From Aestuariivirga sp. (GTDB lineage Bacteria; Pseudomonadota; Alphaproteobacteria; Rhizobiales; Aestuariivirgaceae), in the NCBI GenBank assembly GCA_020252385.1, contig JADCDC010000149.1, forward strand, positions 1 to 62,873: DNA of 62,873 nt, given 5' to 3'. A model generated the notes under the pieces. The model saw only the letters and a list, made by a program, of their open reading frames with translations. It searched no databases and was not told the origin of the DNA. The translations under genes were made by a program, and so were the position numbers. Below, one piece after another: positions 32,958-42,581 of this stretch. Within the stretch, counting starts at the first letter, position 1; every line of letters begins with the position of its first letter.

Positions 32958-32971
32958 GGAGGACCCACACT

Positions 32972-33886
32972 ATGGCTAATCCCATGAGGTCAACCGACTT
33001 CCGCTCCATCGTCGAACCGATCATGAATGAATCGTTCGACGGCGTGTACAACCAGCGCGCTGACGAGTGGAAGCAGGTCTTCAAGGAGTTCCAAGGCACC
33101 CCGCGGAACTACCACGAGGAAGTGATGCTGTACGGCATGGGCGCCGCGCCGGAACTCCCGGACGGCATGCCTGTCACCTATCAGTCGGGTGGCGTGCTGT
33201 TCCTCCAGCGGTACATCTACCGGGTCTACGGTCTGGCCTTCGCGCTGACCAAGGTCCTGGTTGAGGACGGCGATCACATCCGCATCGGGCAGACCTACTC
33301 CAAGCACCTCGCTCAGTCGCTGATCGAGACCAAGGAGACCCTCGGTGCCAACGTCCTGAACCGTGCCTTCAACGGCGCGTTCCCGGGCGGTGACGGCGTG
33401 TCGCTCATCAGCCCCAGCCACCCCATCGTCAACGGCACCTACTCCAACCAACTGAACACCGCTGCGGCGCTGTCTCAGACCTCGCTGGAGCAGATGCTCA
33501 TTCAGATCCGTAACGCCGTGGACAACAACGGCAAGCGCATCCGTCTGACGCCGAAGAAGCTGGTGATCGGTCCGTCCAACACCTTCCAAGCCGAAGTGCT
33601 GCTCAACTCCGCGCTCCGCGCCGGCACGGCCAACAACGACATCAACCCCGTCAAGTCGATGGGTATGCTGTCCGAGGGCCAAGCCAACCTCGCCCGTATC
33701 ACCTCGACCACCGCTTGGTGGATCCAGACCGATGCGCCCGAGGGGCTGAAGCTGGCCAAGCGTCGCGGCCTTGAGAAGTCCATGGAAGGTGACTTCGAAA
33801 CCGACTCCATGCGCTACAAGGCAACAGAACGCTACGCGTTCGGGTGGTCCGACCCCCGTGGTCTCTTCGGTACCGCCGGCATCTAA
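32972..33886 (+). CDS. Major capsid protein
   Basis: 304 aa, AAGGAGGA SD; NVLNRAF, GDGVSL..HP, YKATERYAFGWSDPRG; hairpin downstream. Confidence 0.9.
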   Translation: MANPMRSTDFRSIVEPIMNESFDGVYNQRADEWKQVFKEFQGTPRNYHEEVMLYGMGAAPELPDGMPVTYQSGGVLFLQRYIYRVYGLAFALTKVLVEDGDHIRIGQTYSKHLAQSLIETKETLGANVLNRAFNGAFPGGDGVSLISPSHPIVNGTYSNQLNTAAALSQTSLEQMLIQIRNAVDNNGKRIRLTPKKLVIGPSNTFQAEVLLNSALRAGTANNDINPVKSMGMLSEGQANLARITSTTAWWIQTDAPEGLKLAKRRGLEKSMEGDFETDSMRYKATERYAFGWSDPRGLFGTAGI

Positions 33887-33892
33887 GGGCTT

Positions 33893-33916
33893 GAGGCCGG
33901 GAGCAATCCCGGCCTC
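33893..33916 (+). terminator. Hairpin after the capsid gene
   Basis: GAGGCCGGGA-GCAA-TCCCGGCCTC; 20 nt identical to 22371-22390; weak U-tail. Confidence 0.6.
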
Positions 33917-33953
33917 TACCCTGTAGCTTTGTAACCCTTCGGAGAACCGCCAA

Positions 33954-34394
33954 ATGGCTCAAACTGATTTCACCGGCCCTCTGGCCTCCGGGGACAGACC
34001 CCCGGGGTCTCCGGGCGGCTCTAACGTCGGACTGGCCGTGCTCTCGCAGACCGTGCTGGTCAACCGCGACGCGACTCTGGTCCAGAGCGCGACGATCAAC
34101 CTCCCGGTCAACAGCCAGATCGTTAACATCATCTGCGACGTGCTGACCGCTTACGACAGCGCCACCTCGACGACGCTGACCGTAGGCACTGTCGCCGCCG
34201 GCACCCAGTACGCTTCCGGCGTCAACGCCCGGACTGCGGGTCGGACCATCCCGACCTTCACCGCGGCGCAACTGGCGGCTATGGACGACATCGGCGCCAC
34301 GACCACCGTCGTGGCCACGGCGACTTCCGTCGGCCAGCCGACCGTCGGGCAGGTCCGTGTGACCGTCAACTACGTCCAGACCGTCGGTATCTGA
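33954..34394 (+). CDS. Virion structural protein
   Basis: MAQTDFTGPL..., Thr/Val-rich beta protein after the capsid gene. Confidence 0.75.
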   Translation: MAQTDFTGPLASGDRPPGSPGGSNVGLAVLSQTVLVNRDATLVQSATINLPVNSQIVNIICDVLTAYDSATSTTLTVGTVAAGTQYASGVNARTAGRTIPTFTAAQLAAMDDIGATTTVVATATSVGQPTVGQVRVTVNYVQTVGI

Positions 34395-34439
34395 TAGGGG
34401 CGGGGCGCGAGCCCCGCCTCACTCCGAGGAGCATTGTGC

Positions 34440-35876
34440 ATGACCGTTACGCCCTACTACATGTTTCTGGATGGCCAGAAGGTCACAGCGCTCGACAACA
34501 ACGACGGGACCAAGACCCTGTCGGTGTCCGGAGGCCAAGACCTGTGGCGCACCACCTTTGCAAGGGTGCTCGCCTCGGGCGTAGACCCTACGTGGTTCCG
34601 GCAAATCGGCCCTATCGGCACGGGGCACACGATCTCGCAGTCCGGCGGCAACCTCAACATCGCGTCCGGCACCACCGCCAACTCCGAAGTGATCATCCGC
34701 TCAGTCGTCTCGTGGATGGACTCCGCGACGCTCCGCTGGCAGTCGATCCTGTCGCAGCGCATCGCCAACAACAACTTCGTGGTGGAGTTGGTCGACGTCG
34801 TCGGTGACAACCTGGCCTACACGATCAACAGCGCCACCAGCGTCACGGTCACGTTCCCCAACAACACCAACCCGTTCAACAGCACCAATGTCGGCCAGTC
34901 GGTCAGCATGGGCGCCATCACCGGCGCGGCGGGCATCCCCGGGCGCTACGTCATCGCTTCCGCCACGCCGAACAGCGTCACGTTCACCGTGGCGGGCTGG
35001 CCGGTGTCGGGCTCCGGGACGCTTTCCCTGTACGGCTGGAACTTCGCCCGCTGCAACTACACCGGCACCGTCGCCACCAACGTCAACTACGACACGGGCC
35101 GTCGCGGGTGGGCTTCTGGCGACACCGTCGCCACGATCAACACCACGGCGTCGCCCGGCCACATGGGCATCGTCACCCTTGAGGACGGCATGTCGTCCCT
35201 CCTCGACCAGCTTGTGGCCTCCAGCACGACGGTGGCGACGACTGCGCGCGCAAGCCGGGTCGTCAACCTGCCGGAGGAAAGCACCCCGCTGTTCTTGCAG
35301 ATCCGCAGCACCAACGGCTCTGTAGCCCCCGCGTCCAGCACGACTTGGACGCTGGGCATGGTGTCGCTGACGAAGTACGGTGCCGTGAACGTCGCGGTCA
35401 ACAGTGTGCGACCGCAGCCGTTCAACAGCACCATGCCGGTGACCCTGCAAGGCACGTCTACGGTGACGTTCACCCAGCCCGCCCTTGTGGCGAGCACCGC
35501 GCTTATCGGCGACGTGGGTGTCCAGTACCGCGCAACCGCTTCCGGATCGTCGGCTACCCACCTCGTGTCGGCGGCGACCACCAACCCGACCCTCGTCAAG
35601 GCGGCGGCGGGCAAGGTGCTGGGCTGGTCGTTCAGCAACACCACGGCGGCGTGGGTCTATGTCAAGCTGCACAACCAGGCCACCGCCCCTACGGCGGGCA
35701 CGGGCGTCGTGCGGACCATCGGCATCCCACCGAACGGCGTCAACACGTTCTACAGCGAGGGTGGCGCGTTCACCTTCACCACCGGCATTGGGCTCACCAC
35801 GGTGACTGGCGCGGCGGACGCCGACGCGACGGCTGTCGGGTTGAACGCCATTGTCGGCGAACTCGTGTGGGTGTAA
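34440..35876 (+). CDS. Putative virion structural protein (Thr/Ser-rich)
   Basis: GAGGAG SD, beta-rich composition, structural region. Confidence 0.7.
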   Translation: MTVTPYYMFLDGQKVTALDNNDGTKTLSVSGGQDLWRTTFARVLASGVDPTWFRQIGPIGTGHTISQSGGNLNIASGTTANSEVIIRSVVSWMDSATLRWQSILSQRIANNNFVVELVDVVGDNLAYTINSATSVTVTFPNNTNPFNSTNVGQSVSMGAITGAAGIPGRYVIASATPNSVTFTVAGWPVSGSGTLSLYGWNFARCNYTGTVATNVNYDTGRRGWASGDTVATINTTASPGHMGIVTLEDGMSSLLDQLVASSTTVATTARASRVVNLPEESTPLFLQIRSTNGSVAPASSTTWTLGMVSLTKYGAVNVAVNSVRPQPFNSTMPVTLQGTSTVTFTQPALVASTALIGDVGVQYRATASGSSATHLVSAATTNPTLVKAAAGKVLGWSFSNTTAAWVYVKLHNQATAPTAGTGVVRTIGIPPNGVNTFYSEGGAFTFTTGIGLTTVTGAADADATAVGLNAIVGELVWV

Positions 35877-35879
35877 GCC

Positions 35880-36215
35880 ATGTACGGCGGATCGTACGAC
35901 CTGTCACTCAGAGAGCAGACAGAACGGGCTAGAGCCGCCATCCAAGAAGCCTTGGGCCTGTTCAATGGAGCGCAAGTTGCGCCGCCCGGACAGCCTCCCC
36001 GCCCGCCTGTTCCCTCCGCAGGTGCGCTCCCGTCTCCCGCCGCTCCTTCGGGACCGGGAGCCGCGGGGCCGCCGGGTCAGGCCCAAGGCACCCCGTTCGC
36101 CGGCGCCGCGTCGAACCCCGCCCTGCGCCAGCAGCAGGGCGCCATGGGCTCTCTGGAGGCCGCCATGCGCCAACCCCTCGTCCGCTCCGGCGGCCCGCTC
36201 ATGCCGGATTTCTGA
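35880..36215 (+). CDS. Pro/Gly-rich hypothetical protein
   Basis: Fills the operon gap. Confidence 0.55.
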   Translation: MYGGSYDLSLREQTERARAAIQEALGLFNGAQVAPPGQPPRPPVPSAGALPSPAAPSGPGAAGPPGQAQGTPFAGAASNPALRQQQGAMGSLEAAMRQPLVRSGGPLMPDF

Positions 36216-36217
36216 CG

Positions 36218-36532
36218 ATGAAGGGCTACACGGACACCACGAAGACGGTCTACATGTCGGAGGGCGGCAAGGCCAAGTCTCCGGTTTGGACCCGAAAAGC
36301 AGGACAGTCTGAAGCCGGGGGCCTTAATGCCAAGGGCCGTGCCTCCTACAATCGCGCCAATCCCGGCAAGCCGGGCCTGAAGCCGCCCGCCCCGAACCCC
36401 AAGACCGAGAAGGACGCGGCTCGCCGCAAGTCCTTCTGCGCCCGCTCCGCCGGACAGGCGAAGATGTTTCCGAAAGCCGCCAAAGACCCCAACAGCCGCA
36501 TCAACAAGTCGCTGCGAGCATGGCGCTGCTAA
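36218..36532 (+). CDS. DUF6321-like basic protein
   Basis: WTRKAG..GGLNAKGRASYN..LKPP..RRKSFCAR..SRINKSLRAWRC. Confidence 0.8.
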   Translation: MKGYTDTTKTVYMSEGGKAKSPVWTRKAGQSEAGGLNAKGRASYNRANPGKPGLKPPAPNPKTEKDAARRKSFCARSAGQAKMFPKAAKDPNSRINKSLRAWRC

Positions 36533-36547
36533 CCAAGGATCTGACCC

Positions 36548-36799
36548 ATGAAGGGCTACAAGAACAGCACCAAGACGGTCTACGAGACCGAAGAATCCGC
36601 CAACTACGCCAGAGGCGGCATGGCCAAGGTCGGCAAGGTCATGGGCGAGTTCAAGCGCGGCAAGCTGCACAGCGGCTCGAAGAAGGGGCCGGAAGTCACC
36701 AGCCGCAAGCAGGCCATCGCCATCGGCCTGAGCGAGGCCCGCAAGGCTGGCGCCAAGGTGCCCGCCAAAATGCGCAACGGCGGCAAGGTCGGTTGCTAG
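36548..36799 (+). CDS. DUF6496-like basic protein
   Basis: KVGKVMGEFKRGKLHSG..VTSRKQAIAIGLSEARK. Confidence 0.82.
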   Translation: MKGYKNSTKTVYETEESANYARGGMAKVGKVMGEFKRGKLHSGSKKGPEVTSRKQAIAIGLSEARKAGAKVPAKMRNGGKVGC

Positions 36800-36878
36800 A
36801 CCGGCCCTAGTCCTATACAATCTCGCCAGACAGGTCTGCTGCGACTAGCGGACTGCTGACCCCAACAGCGGACCTGCC
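36793..36878 (+). promoter_or_regulatory. Promoter and structured leader of the tail unit
   Basis: TTGCTA-17-TACAAT; leader with alternative pairings. Confidence 0.55.
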
Positions 36879-37865
36879 ATGGCCTACTCCGGCACAATCT
36901 CGCAGACGGTGTTCGATACCCGACGGGTGATCGACAACGCCTTCCGGCGTGCGAAGATGCTGCCCGAGACCGTGTCCGGCGAGCAGATCGACATTGCTCG
37001 CGACCAGCTTTACCTGCTGACCTCCAACCTCGCCAACCGCGGCGTGCCGCTGTGGTGCGTTGAGAAGATCATCGTGCCGCTCTACGAGGGTGTTGGCGAC
37101 GTCACCCTGCCCGCAGGCACTGTCGACATCCTCAACGTCAACCTGCGCGTCTTGCAGGAAGTGACCGGCGCCAACACCGTCACCTCGACCACCTACAGCA
37201 CATCGTTCGGAACCGACACGCCAGTCACCACCGTCGGGGTGCTGTGGGCCGCAGCCGCCGTGCCGATCATCTTCGAGCGGTCTACAGACGGCGTAGGGTG
37301 GACCACCGTCCAGTCCGAGACGCCGTCCGCTTCCGCTGGCGAGTGGACGTGGTTCGACCTCTCGCAGATCATCTCCGCGCCCTACTTCCGGGTGCGCGCC
37401 ACGAGCGGCACGCTGTCCTACAGCCAAGTCTACTTCGGCAACAACCCGACGGAAATCCCATTCGGCAGGCTGAACAAGGACGACTACACCAACCTGCCCA
37501 ACAAGGCGTTCAAGTCGCTCCGCCCCCTGCAATACTGGTTCGACCGGCAGGTTCCCGCGCCGGTCATGCACCTGTGGCCGGTGCCCGCCGCCGGCTCCAC
37601 CGTCTACCAGATCGTCGCGTGGCGCCACCGGCACATCATGGACGTCGGCAAGATGACCGACGACGTCGAGGTCCCGCAGCGGTGGCTCGACGCTGTAATC
37701 TCCATGCTCGCCGCCAAGCTGGCGTCGGAAATCCCCGAAGTGCCCGCCGACATGATCCCGCTGCTCGACGCCAAGGCCCTACAGGCTGAACTTGAGGCGT
37801 GGGGTGAGGAGCGCGACAACTCGCCCATCCGCTGGGCGCCCAACATCAGCGCCTACACGAGGTAA
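36879..37865 (+). CDS. Putative tail adaptor/tubular protein
   Basis: LANRGVPLW, DYTNLPNK..RPLQYWFDRQ, LWPVP, VPQRWL. Confidence 0.7.
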   Translation: MAYSGTISQTVFDTRRVIDNAFRRAKMLPETVSGEQIDIARDQLYLLTSNLANRGVPLWCVEKIIVPLYEGVGDVTLPAGTVDILNVNLRVLQEVTGANTVTSTTYSTSFGTDTPVTTVGVLWAAAAVPIIFERSTDGVGWTTVQSETPSASAGEWTWFDLSQIISAPYFRVRATSGTLSYSQVYFGNNPTEIPFGRLNKDDYTNLPNKAFKSLRPLQYWFDRQVPAPVMHLWPVPAAGSTVYQIVAWRHRHIMDVGKMTDDVEVPQRWLDAVISMLAAKLASEIPEVPADMIPLLDAKALQAELEAWGEERDNSPIRWAPNISAYTR

Positions 37866-37870
37866 GCCCG

Positions 37871-38173
37871 ATGCCGCTTTACCTTGACACCCGTGGCCGC
37901 TCGACCCTTGGCATTGCGCTGTGCGCGCGGTGCAGTCGCAAGTTCTCGCTTGACGACCTGCAATCCGATCCGAACTTCCCGGGCCTGATGGTCTGCAAGG
38001 ACGACCTCGACGAGTTCGACCCCTACCGGCTTCCGGCTCGCCAGACCGAGGACATCACGCTGCGCTTCGTGCGGCCCGACGAGAGCATCGCCACGGACCC
38101 CGCAGGCGTGATTCTGGAGAACGGCGACTACTTCCTCGTCACCGAGGACTTTGAGGAGTTCCTGCTGCCGTGA
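37871..38173 (+). CDS. Small Cys-containing virion-associated protein
   Basis: CARCSRKF..GLMVC..DP..RPD. Confidence 0.72.
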   Translation: MPLYLDTRGRSTLGIALCARCSRKFSLDDLQSDPNFPGLMVCKDDLDEFDPYRLPARQTEDITLRFVRPDESIATDPAGVILENGDYFLVTEDFEEFLLP

Positions 38174-39327
38174 GCGTTCCCAGCAACCTCGTCCCGACGC
38201 GCATCTCCCAACTGACCGAGTATTTCGGGGCGGACGCGAACGGCTACCTGCCCTACATCATCGGCGGCGTCACCTACAAGGTGAAGTTCTCCACGCTGAA
38301 CATCGCCGGCGCAGCGGTCTCGTCGTTCAGCGGCGGCACGACCGGCCTGACGCCGTCGACGCCGACCAACGGGGCCGTCGTCCTTGGCGGCACTCTGGCT
38401 CTGGCCAACGGCGGCACGGGCGCCACGACCGCTGCGGCGGCGCGCACGAACCTCGGCCTCGGGACCGCAGCGACCACCAACTCCACGGCTTACGCCACGG
38501 CGGCGCAGGGCACGAAGGCCGACACCGCCGTGCAGACGGTCTCGTCGGCGGACGGGTCGGTCGTGATCACGGGCACGACGGCCATCGACCTCGCCGTGGC
38601 GGCGTCGACCAACATGATCGTGCAGGTTCGCAACAACACCGGCAGCACGTTGACGAAGGGCACGGCGGTCTACATCAACGGCGCTGTCGGCCAGGTTCCC
38701 ACGGTCGCACGGGCACAGGCGAACAGCGACGCGACGTCGGCGCAGACCCTCGGCGTCATGTCGGCGGATCTGCCGAACAACACCAATGGCAACGTGACGG
38801 TCATCGGTCGGGTCACGGGCCTTGACACCTCGGCGTTCACCGACGGCCAGCAGTTGTATCTCAGCGGCGCGACGCCGGGTGCGCTGACGGGAACAAAGCC
38901 GTTCGCCCCGACGCACCTCGTCTATGTGGCGGTGGTTGAGCACGCCCACCCGACGCTCGGTGAGCTGTTCGTCAAGGTGCAGAACGGCTACGAGTTGGAC
39001 GAGTTGCACGACGTGGCCGCGCAGTCGCCGTCCAATGGCCAGACCATCGTGTTCAACAGCAGCACGGGCCTGTGGGAGAAGAACACCGTCTCCCTGTCGG
39101 CTGGCGTCAACGGCACCCTGCCAGTCGCGAACGGCGGGACGGGCCAGACGTCCTACACCAACGGGCAACTGCTGATCGGCAACAACACCGGCAACACGCT
39201 GACGAAAGCCACGCTTACGGCGGGGACCGGCATCAGCATCACCAACGGCAATGGCTCCATCACCATCGCGTCGACGTCGTCCGGCCCCTCGCTGGCGCAG
39301 GTCGTCGCCATGGCCGCCGCTCTCTGA
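38170..39327 (+). CDS. Tail fiber-like protein
   Basis: GTLALANGGTGATTAAAARTNLGL, ELDELHDV, GTLPVANGGTG. Confidence 0.78.
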   Translation: MSVPSNLVPTRISQLTEYFGADANGYLPYIIGGVTYKVKFSTLNIAGAAVSSFSGGTTGLTPSTPTNGAVVLGGTLALANGGTGATTAAAARTNLGLGTAATTNSTAYATAAQGTKADTAVQTVSSADGSVVITGTTAIDLAVAASTNMIVQVRNNTGSTLTKGTAVYINGAVGQVPTVARAQANSDATSAQTLGVMSADLPNNTNGNVTVIGRVTGLDTSAFTDGQQLYLSGATPGALTGTKPFAPTHLVYVAVVEHAHPTLGELFVKVQNGYELDELHDVAAQSPSNGQTIVFNSSTGLWEKNTVSLSAGVNGTLPVANGGTGQTSYTNGQLLIGNNTGNTLTKATLTAGTGISITNGNGSITIASTSSGPSLAQVVAMAAAL

Positions 39328-39339
39328 GGACTGAACCTA

Positions 39340-40008
39340 ATGGCTGTAACCCCCACCTCAATCGTCACGCCGCAGCGCCCTTGGGCTGCGACCGCCGTCG
39401 CCACCACGGCGAACAGCACCTACACGGACACGCCGACCAACAGCGTGCTGCTGACCCGGCAGGACCTGCTGCCGCCCAACCCGTTCACGGTCACGAACGG
39501 CTCGGCTGTGGTGACGGTTTCACACCCCGATCACGGCCTTTTCACGGGGATGCAGGTCACGATCAGCGGTGCAGCTGCGGTCGGCGGCATCACGCCCTCG
39601 GGCGCATACACCATCACCGTGACGGGCGTGGACGCCTACACCTTCACCCACGGCTCCAACGCCACGTCGAACGCGACGGGCGGCGGCACGGCGGTTCTGG
39701 CGCAACTGGCCCGGACCTCGGCCAACGGCGTGCGGGTCACGAGGCTCACGGCGCTGGCTCGGGCGACGGTGGCGGCCACTGAACTGCAACTCTACGTCTC
39801 GAACGACGGCGGCACGACCAAGCGGTTCATGCGCTCGGTGCTGATGCCCGCCTACACGGTGGCGCAGACCACCGGGCAGACGGCGGTTGACTTCGGCTAC
39901 TCGGACAGCAGTCCGCTGATCCTGAACGCCTCCGAGACGCTGTATGTGGCGATTGGCGTGTCGCTGGCCAACGGCGTTGTGTTCCGCGCCGAGGGTTTCA
40001 GCTACTAA
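39340..40008 (+). CDS. Tail-associated protein
   Basis: Thr-rich, with an inserted TNGSAVVTV..HGL..G.QVTISG module. Confidence 0.7.
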   Translation: MAVTPTSIVTPQRPWAATAVATTANSTYTDTPTNSVLLTRQDLLPPNPFTVTNGSAVVTVSHPDHGLFTGMQVTISGAAAVGGITPSGAYTITVTGVDAYTFTHGSNATSNATGGGTAVLAQLARTSANGVRVTRLTALARATVAATELQLYVSNDGGTTKRFMRSVLMPAYTVAQTTGQTAVDFGYSDSSPLILNASETLYVAIGVSLANGVVFRAEGFSY

Positions 40009-40009
40009 C

Positions 40010-41326
40010 ATGCCTGTCAACACCCTCGGTCCTGTTGGTCTGACAGCCCAGTCCATGAGCATGGCTGCTGGGACCCAGAGCCTGTTCGAGGGCGGCATGA
40101 GGATGCAGGCTCAGGGGATGGATGGGCGGAAGAAGGGGGCGAGCTCTCACTGGCTCGCCATACTCGGAAACGCCAACCAAAATCGCGGCTTCAGCATATC
40201 AGTCGACGACGCGGGGAGATGCATTGTCGCCGGATCAAGCGCGGGAGGCCTCTTCCCGGTAAGCGTTTTTAGGCTTACCCCCGGCGGGCAACTACTCTGG
40301 TCAAACACGCTTCCGCCGACGATCGGTTCAAGCGAGGGCGACGTTTCCGTTGTCGCGAACCCCGCGGGATCCGCAAATCTGGTGAGCGGAAACTTTCTAA
40401 GCGGCGCAGTTGGCTTCTTCGCCTCAATCTCTCAAGCGGGCGATATCCAAGTCCAAAGAAACACCGATCAATCGGGCAATGGCGCCAGGTTTCTTTCATG
40501 TGCGGTCGCAAAAACCGGAAGCACATACGCGGCTGGGCAACTTTTGATCTTTTCTCCGTTTCAGTGCCGAAGTTCAGTGGTCAAATACACAACTTCGGGC
40601 GGCGTAGACTGGGCGCGACTTTTTGAATATGGCGGCGGCAATTCTCCGCAGTATTTCAACGGCGTAAGTCTGGACGCGGATGAAAACTCCTACGTTTGCG
40701 GCGTTGAGTTTGGCCTCGTAGCGAAACTCAATTCAGCCGGTGCCGTGCAGTTCCAGAAGCAAATTACAGGGTCTTTCAACGCCAAAGATGTCGCAGCGTC
40801 ACCCTCGGGCCGGTTTTATGTTGTCGGCGAGGAGCAATCGGCGGCTGCCGTCATTGTGTGCTTCGACCCCTCGGGTTCCCAGCAGTGGTCGCGGTCTCTG
40901 GGCGGCGGCGTGTTTAATGCGGTGGCGGTGGACGCTTCTGGCGACGTCTACGCCTGCGGGACGCAAGGATCGGCGCTCTGCCTCGCCAAATACTCCTCAA
41001 GCGGGAGGCTTTTGTGGCAGCGCACAGTTAGCGGCGGCGGGGGCAGCGAAGGGAATGGCGTCGCTGTTTCCGGGAACAATGTGTATTTCACCGGAAAGGT
41101 GTCAACAAACGCAGACGACTTTCTCGTCGGAAAAGTGCCAGCGGATGGCTCAAAGACGGGCACGGTTGGCGCGTTGCAGTATTCCGTTTCGGCATTTGCA
41201 GACGCGGCGTGGGCTTACAGTGAGACCTCGTCCAGCCTCGCAACCACTACCGTGACGCCAAACAACGCCACGCCGACATACACACCGACGCCTTTCGCTT
41301 TGACTAACTCGGTCGGAGACCTTTGA
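40010..41326 (+). CDS. Beta-propeller repeat protein, candidate receptor-binding protein
   Basis: Repeated VAVDASGDVYACG / AKY..SG.LLWQR blades. Confidence 0.75.
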   Translation: MPVNTLGPVGLTAQSMSMAAGTQSLFEGGMRMQAQGMDGRKKGASSHWLAILGNANQNRGFSISVDDAGRCIVAGSSAGGLFPVSVFRLTPGGQLLWSNTLPPTIGSSEGDVSVVANPAGSANLVSGNFLSGAVGFFASISQAGDIQVQRNTDQSGNGARFLSCAVAKTGSTYAAGQLLIFSPFQCRSSVVKYTTSGGVDWARLFEYGGGNSPQYFNGVSLDADENSYVCGVEFGLVAKLNSAGAVQFQKQITGSFNAKDVAASPSGRFYVVGEEQSAAAVIVCFDPSGSQQWSRSLGGGVFNAVAVDASGDVYACGTQGSALCLAKYSSSGRLLWQRTVSGGGGSEGNGVAVSGNNVYFTGKVSTNADDFLVGKVPADGSKTGTVGALQYSVSAFADAAWAYSETSSSLATTTVTPNNATPTYTPTPFALTNSVGDL

Positions 41327-41754
41327 TGCTCTACCAACGCAAGACCCTCCCCGACACCCTCATGGGCGACCCCGCCCCGCTTCCCACCGAACTGGTGGGC
41401 CTGTCGGACGCCTGCCTTGCCGACCTGTCCGCCGCCGTGCCCGACGCGGCTGTGGAACTCGGCTACGTCAATCAGGGCTTCTTCCCCTTCACGCCCCCGC
41501 CTCCCGAACCGGAGCCGGTGGACGAGCTGCACAAGGTGGACTTCCTGCGGCTGTTCACCCAGGCCGAGCGCATCGCCATCCGTTCCGCTGCGAAGGTCAA
41601 CCCCATCGTCGAGGACTATCAGGCGATGCTCGACGCGGCGACGGTCATCCGGCTGTCGGACGCCGACATTCAGGAGGGCATTCCGGACCTTGAGGACGCG
41701 GGGCTGATTGGACCCGGGCGGGCGGTGCAAATCCTTGCTGGGGAAAATCCGTGA
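41326..41754 (+). CDS. Putative tail fiber assembly protein
   Basis: DFLRLFTQAERIAI..GRAVQIL; follows the fiber genes. Confidence 0.65.
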   Translation: MLYQRKTLPDTLMGDPAPLPTELVGLSDACLADLSAAVPDAAVELGYVNQGFFPFTPPPPEPEPVDELHKVDFLRLFTQAERIAIRSAAKVNPIVEDYQAMLDAATVIRLSDADIQEGIPDLEDAGLIGPGRAVQILAGENP

Positions 41755-42323
41755 GGAAGGAATTTCCGCAGCAGGAGACCTACGTCCCCGGACGCCCGAT
41801 CCTGACCTACTTCCGGCGGCTCTTTGTGGTGCTGGACCAGCTGCTGAACGCGGTCACGGGCGGATCGCCGGATGAAACGGTATCGTCGCGGATCGATAAG
41901 GACACGGAGAAGGGCCGTCTTGTTCCCTGCATCCTCTGCGTTCTGCTCGGATGGATTGACCCGGATCATTGCGCAAAAGCGCGCGAGCGGGATGAGGGCA
42001 AGATTTCAGGTCTGCCCACGCCAAAACTGACCGTCGGTCGCTACATCCAAAATGTCGGCATCGCGTTGAGCCAGCTGCTGAACGTGATTTTCGGCGGGGA
42101 CGAAGACGAGCGACTGTCCTCGCGGGCGGGGAAGGATGCGCGCCGTGGCCGCAAGCTGGCCTGCATTTTCTGCCGTTTCCTCGACCTGTTTGACCCCGAC
42201 CACTGCGAGAAAGCCATCGAGCGTGACGAGGGCAAGCGCCCCGGCCAATACGATCCGCCCCCGGGCCTTGAGCAGCGCTACGAGAAGCGCTGGGTCTACC
42301 CGCCCCGGCATGACTGGAGTTAA
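41751..42323 (+). CDS. Hypothetical protein with a tandemly duplicated domain
   Basis: QLLN..GG.PDE..SSR..K..CI.C..L...DPDHC.KA.ERDEGK occurs twice. Confidence 0.8.
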   Translation: MRKEFPQQETYVPGRPILTYFRRLFVVLDQLLNAVTGGSPDETVSSRIDKDTEKGRLVPCILCVLLGWIDPDHCAKARERDEGKISGLPTPKLTVGRYIQNVGIALSQLLNVIFGGDEDERLSSRAGKDARRGRKLACIFCRFLDLFDPDHCEKAIERDEGKRPGQYDPPPGLEQRYEKRWVYPPRHDWS

Positions 42324-42328
42324 CCGCT

Positions 42329-42562
42329 ATGGAATGGGACGCCATCCTGCAAACCCTTGCGGCTCTGGTCATGGCGCTAGGGGGTTGGTTCATGCGTGAG
42401 TTGTGGGGCGCCGTGAAGGAGTTGCGAGTGGACCTCGCCACCCTGCGCGCCGACCTGCCCAAAGAGTATGTGTCCAAGGACGATTTCCGTCAGGACATCG
42501 GGCGGATCCACGAACTGCTGGACAAAATCTACGACAAGTTGGATACGAAGGCCCCCCTGTAA
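42329..42562 (+). CDS. Small TM plus coiled-coil protein (lysis-associated)
   Basis: N-terminal TM; LPKEYVSKDDF..KIYDKLD. Confidence 0.75.
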   Translation: MEWDAILQTLAALVMALGGWFMRELWGAVKELRVDLATLRADLPKEYVSKDDFRQDIGRIHELLDKIYDKLDTKAPL

Positions 42563-42581
42563 CAGCCGCAAGGAGCATTGC

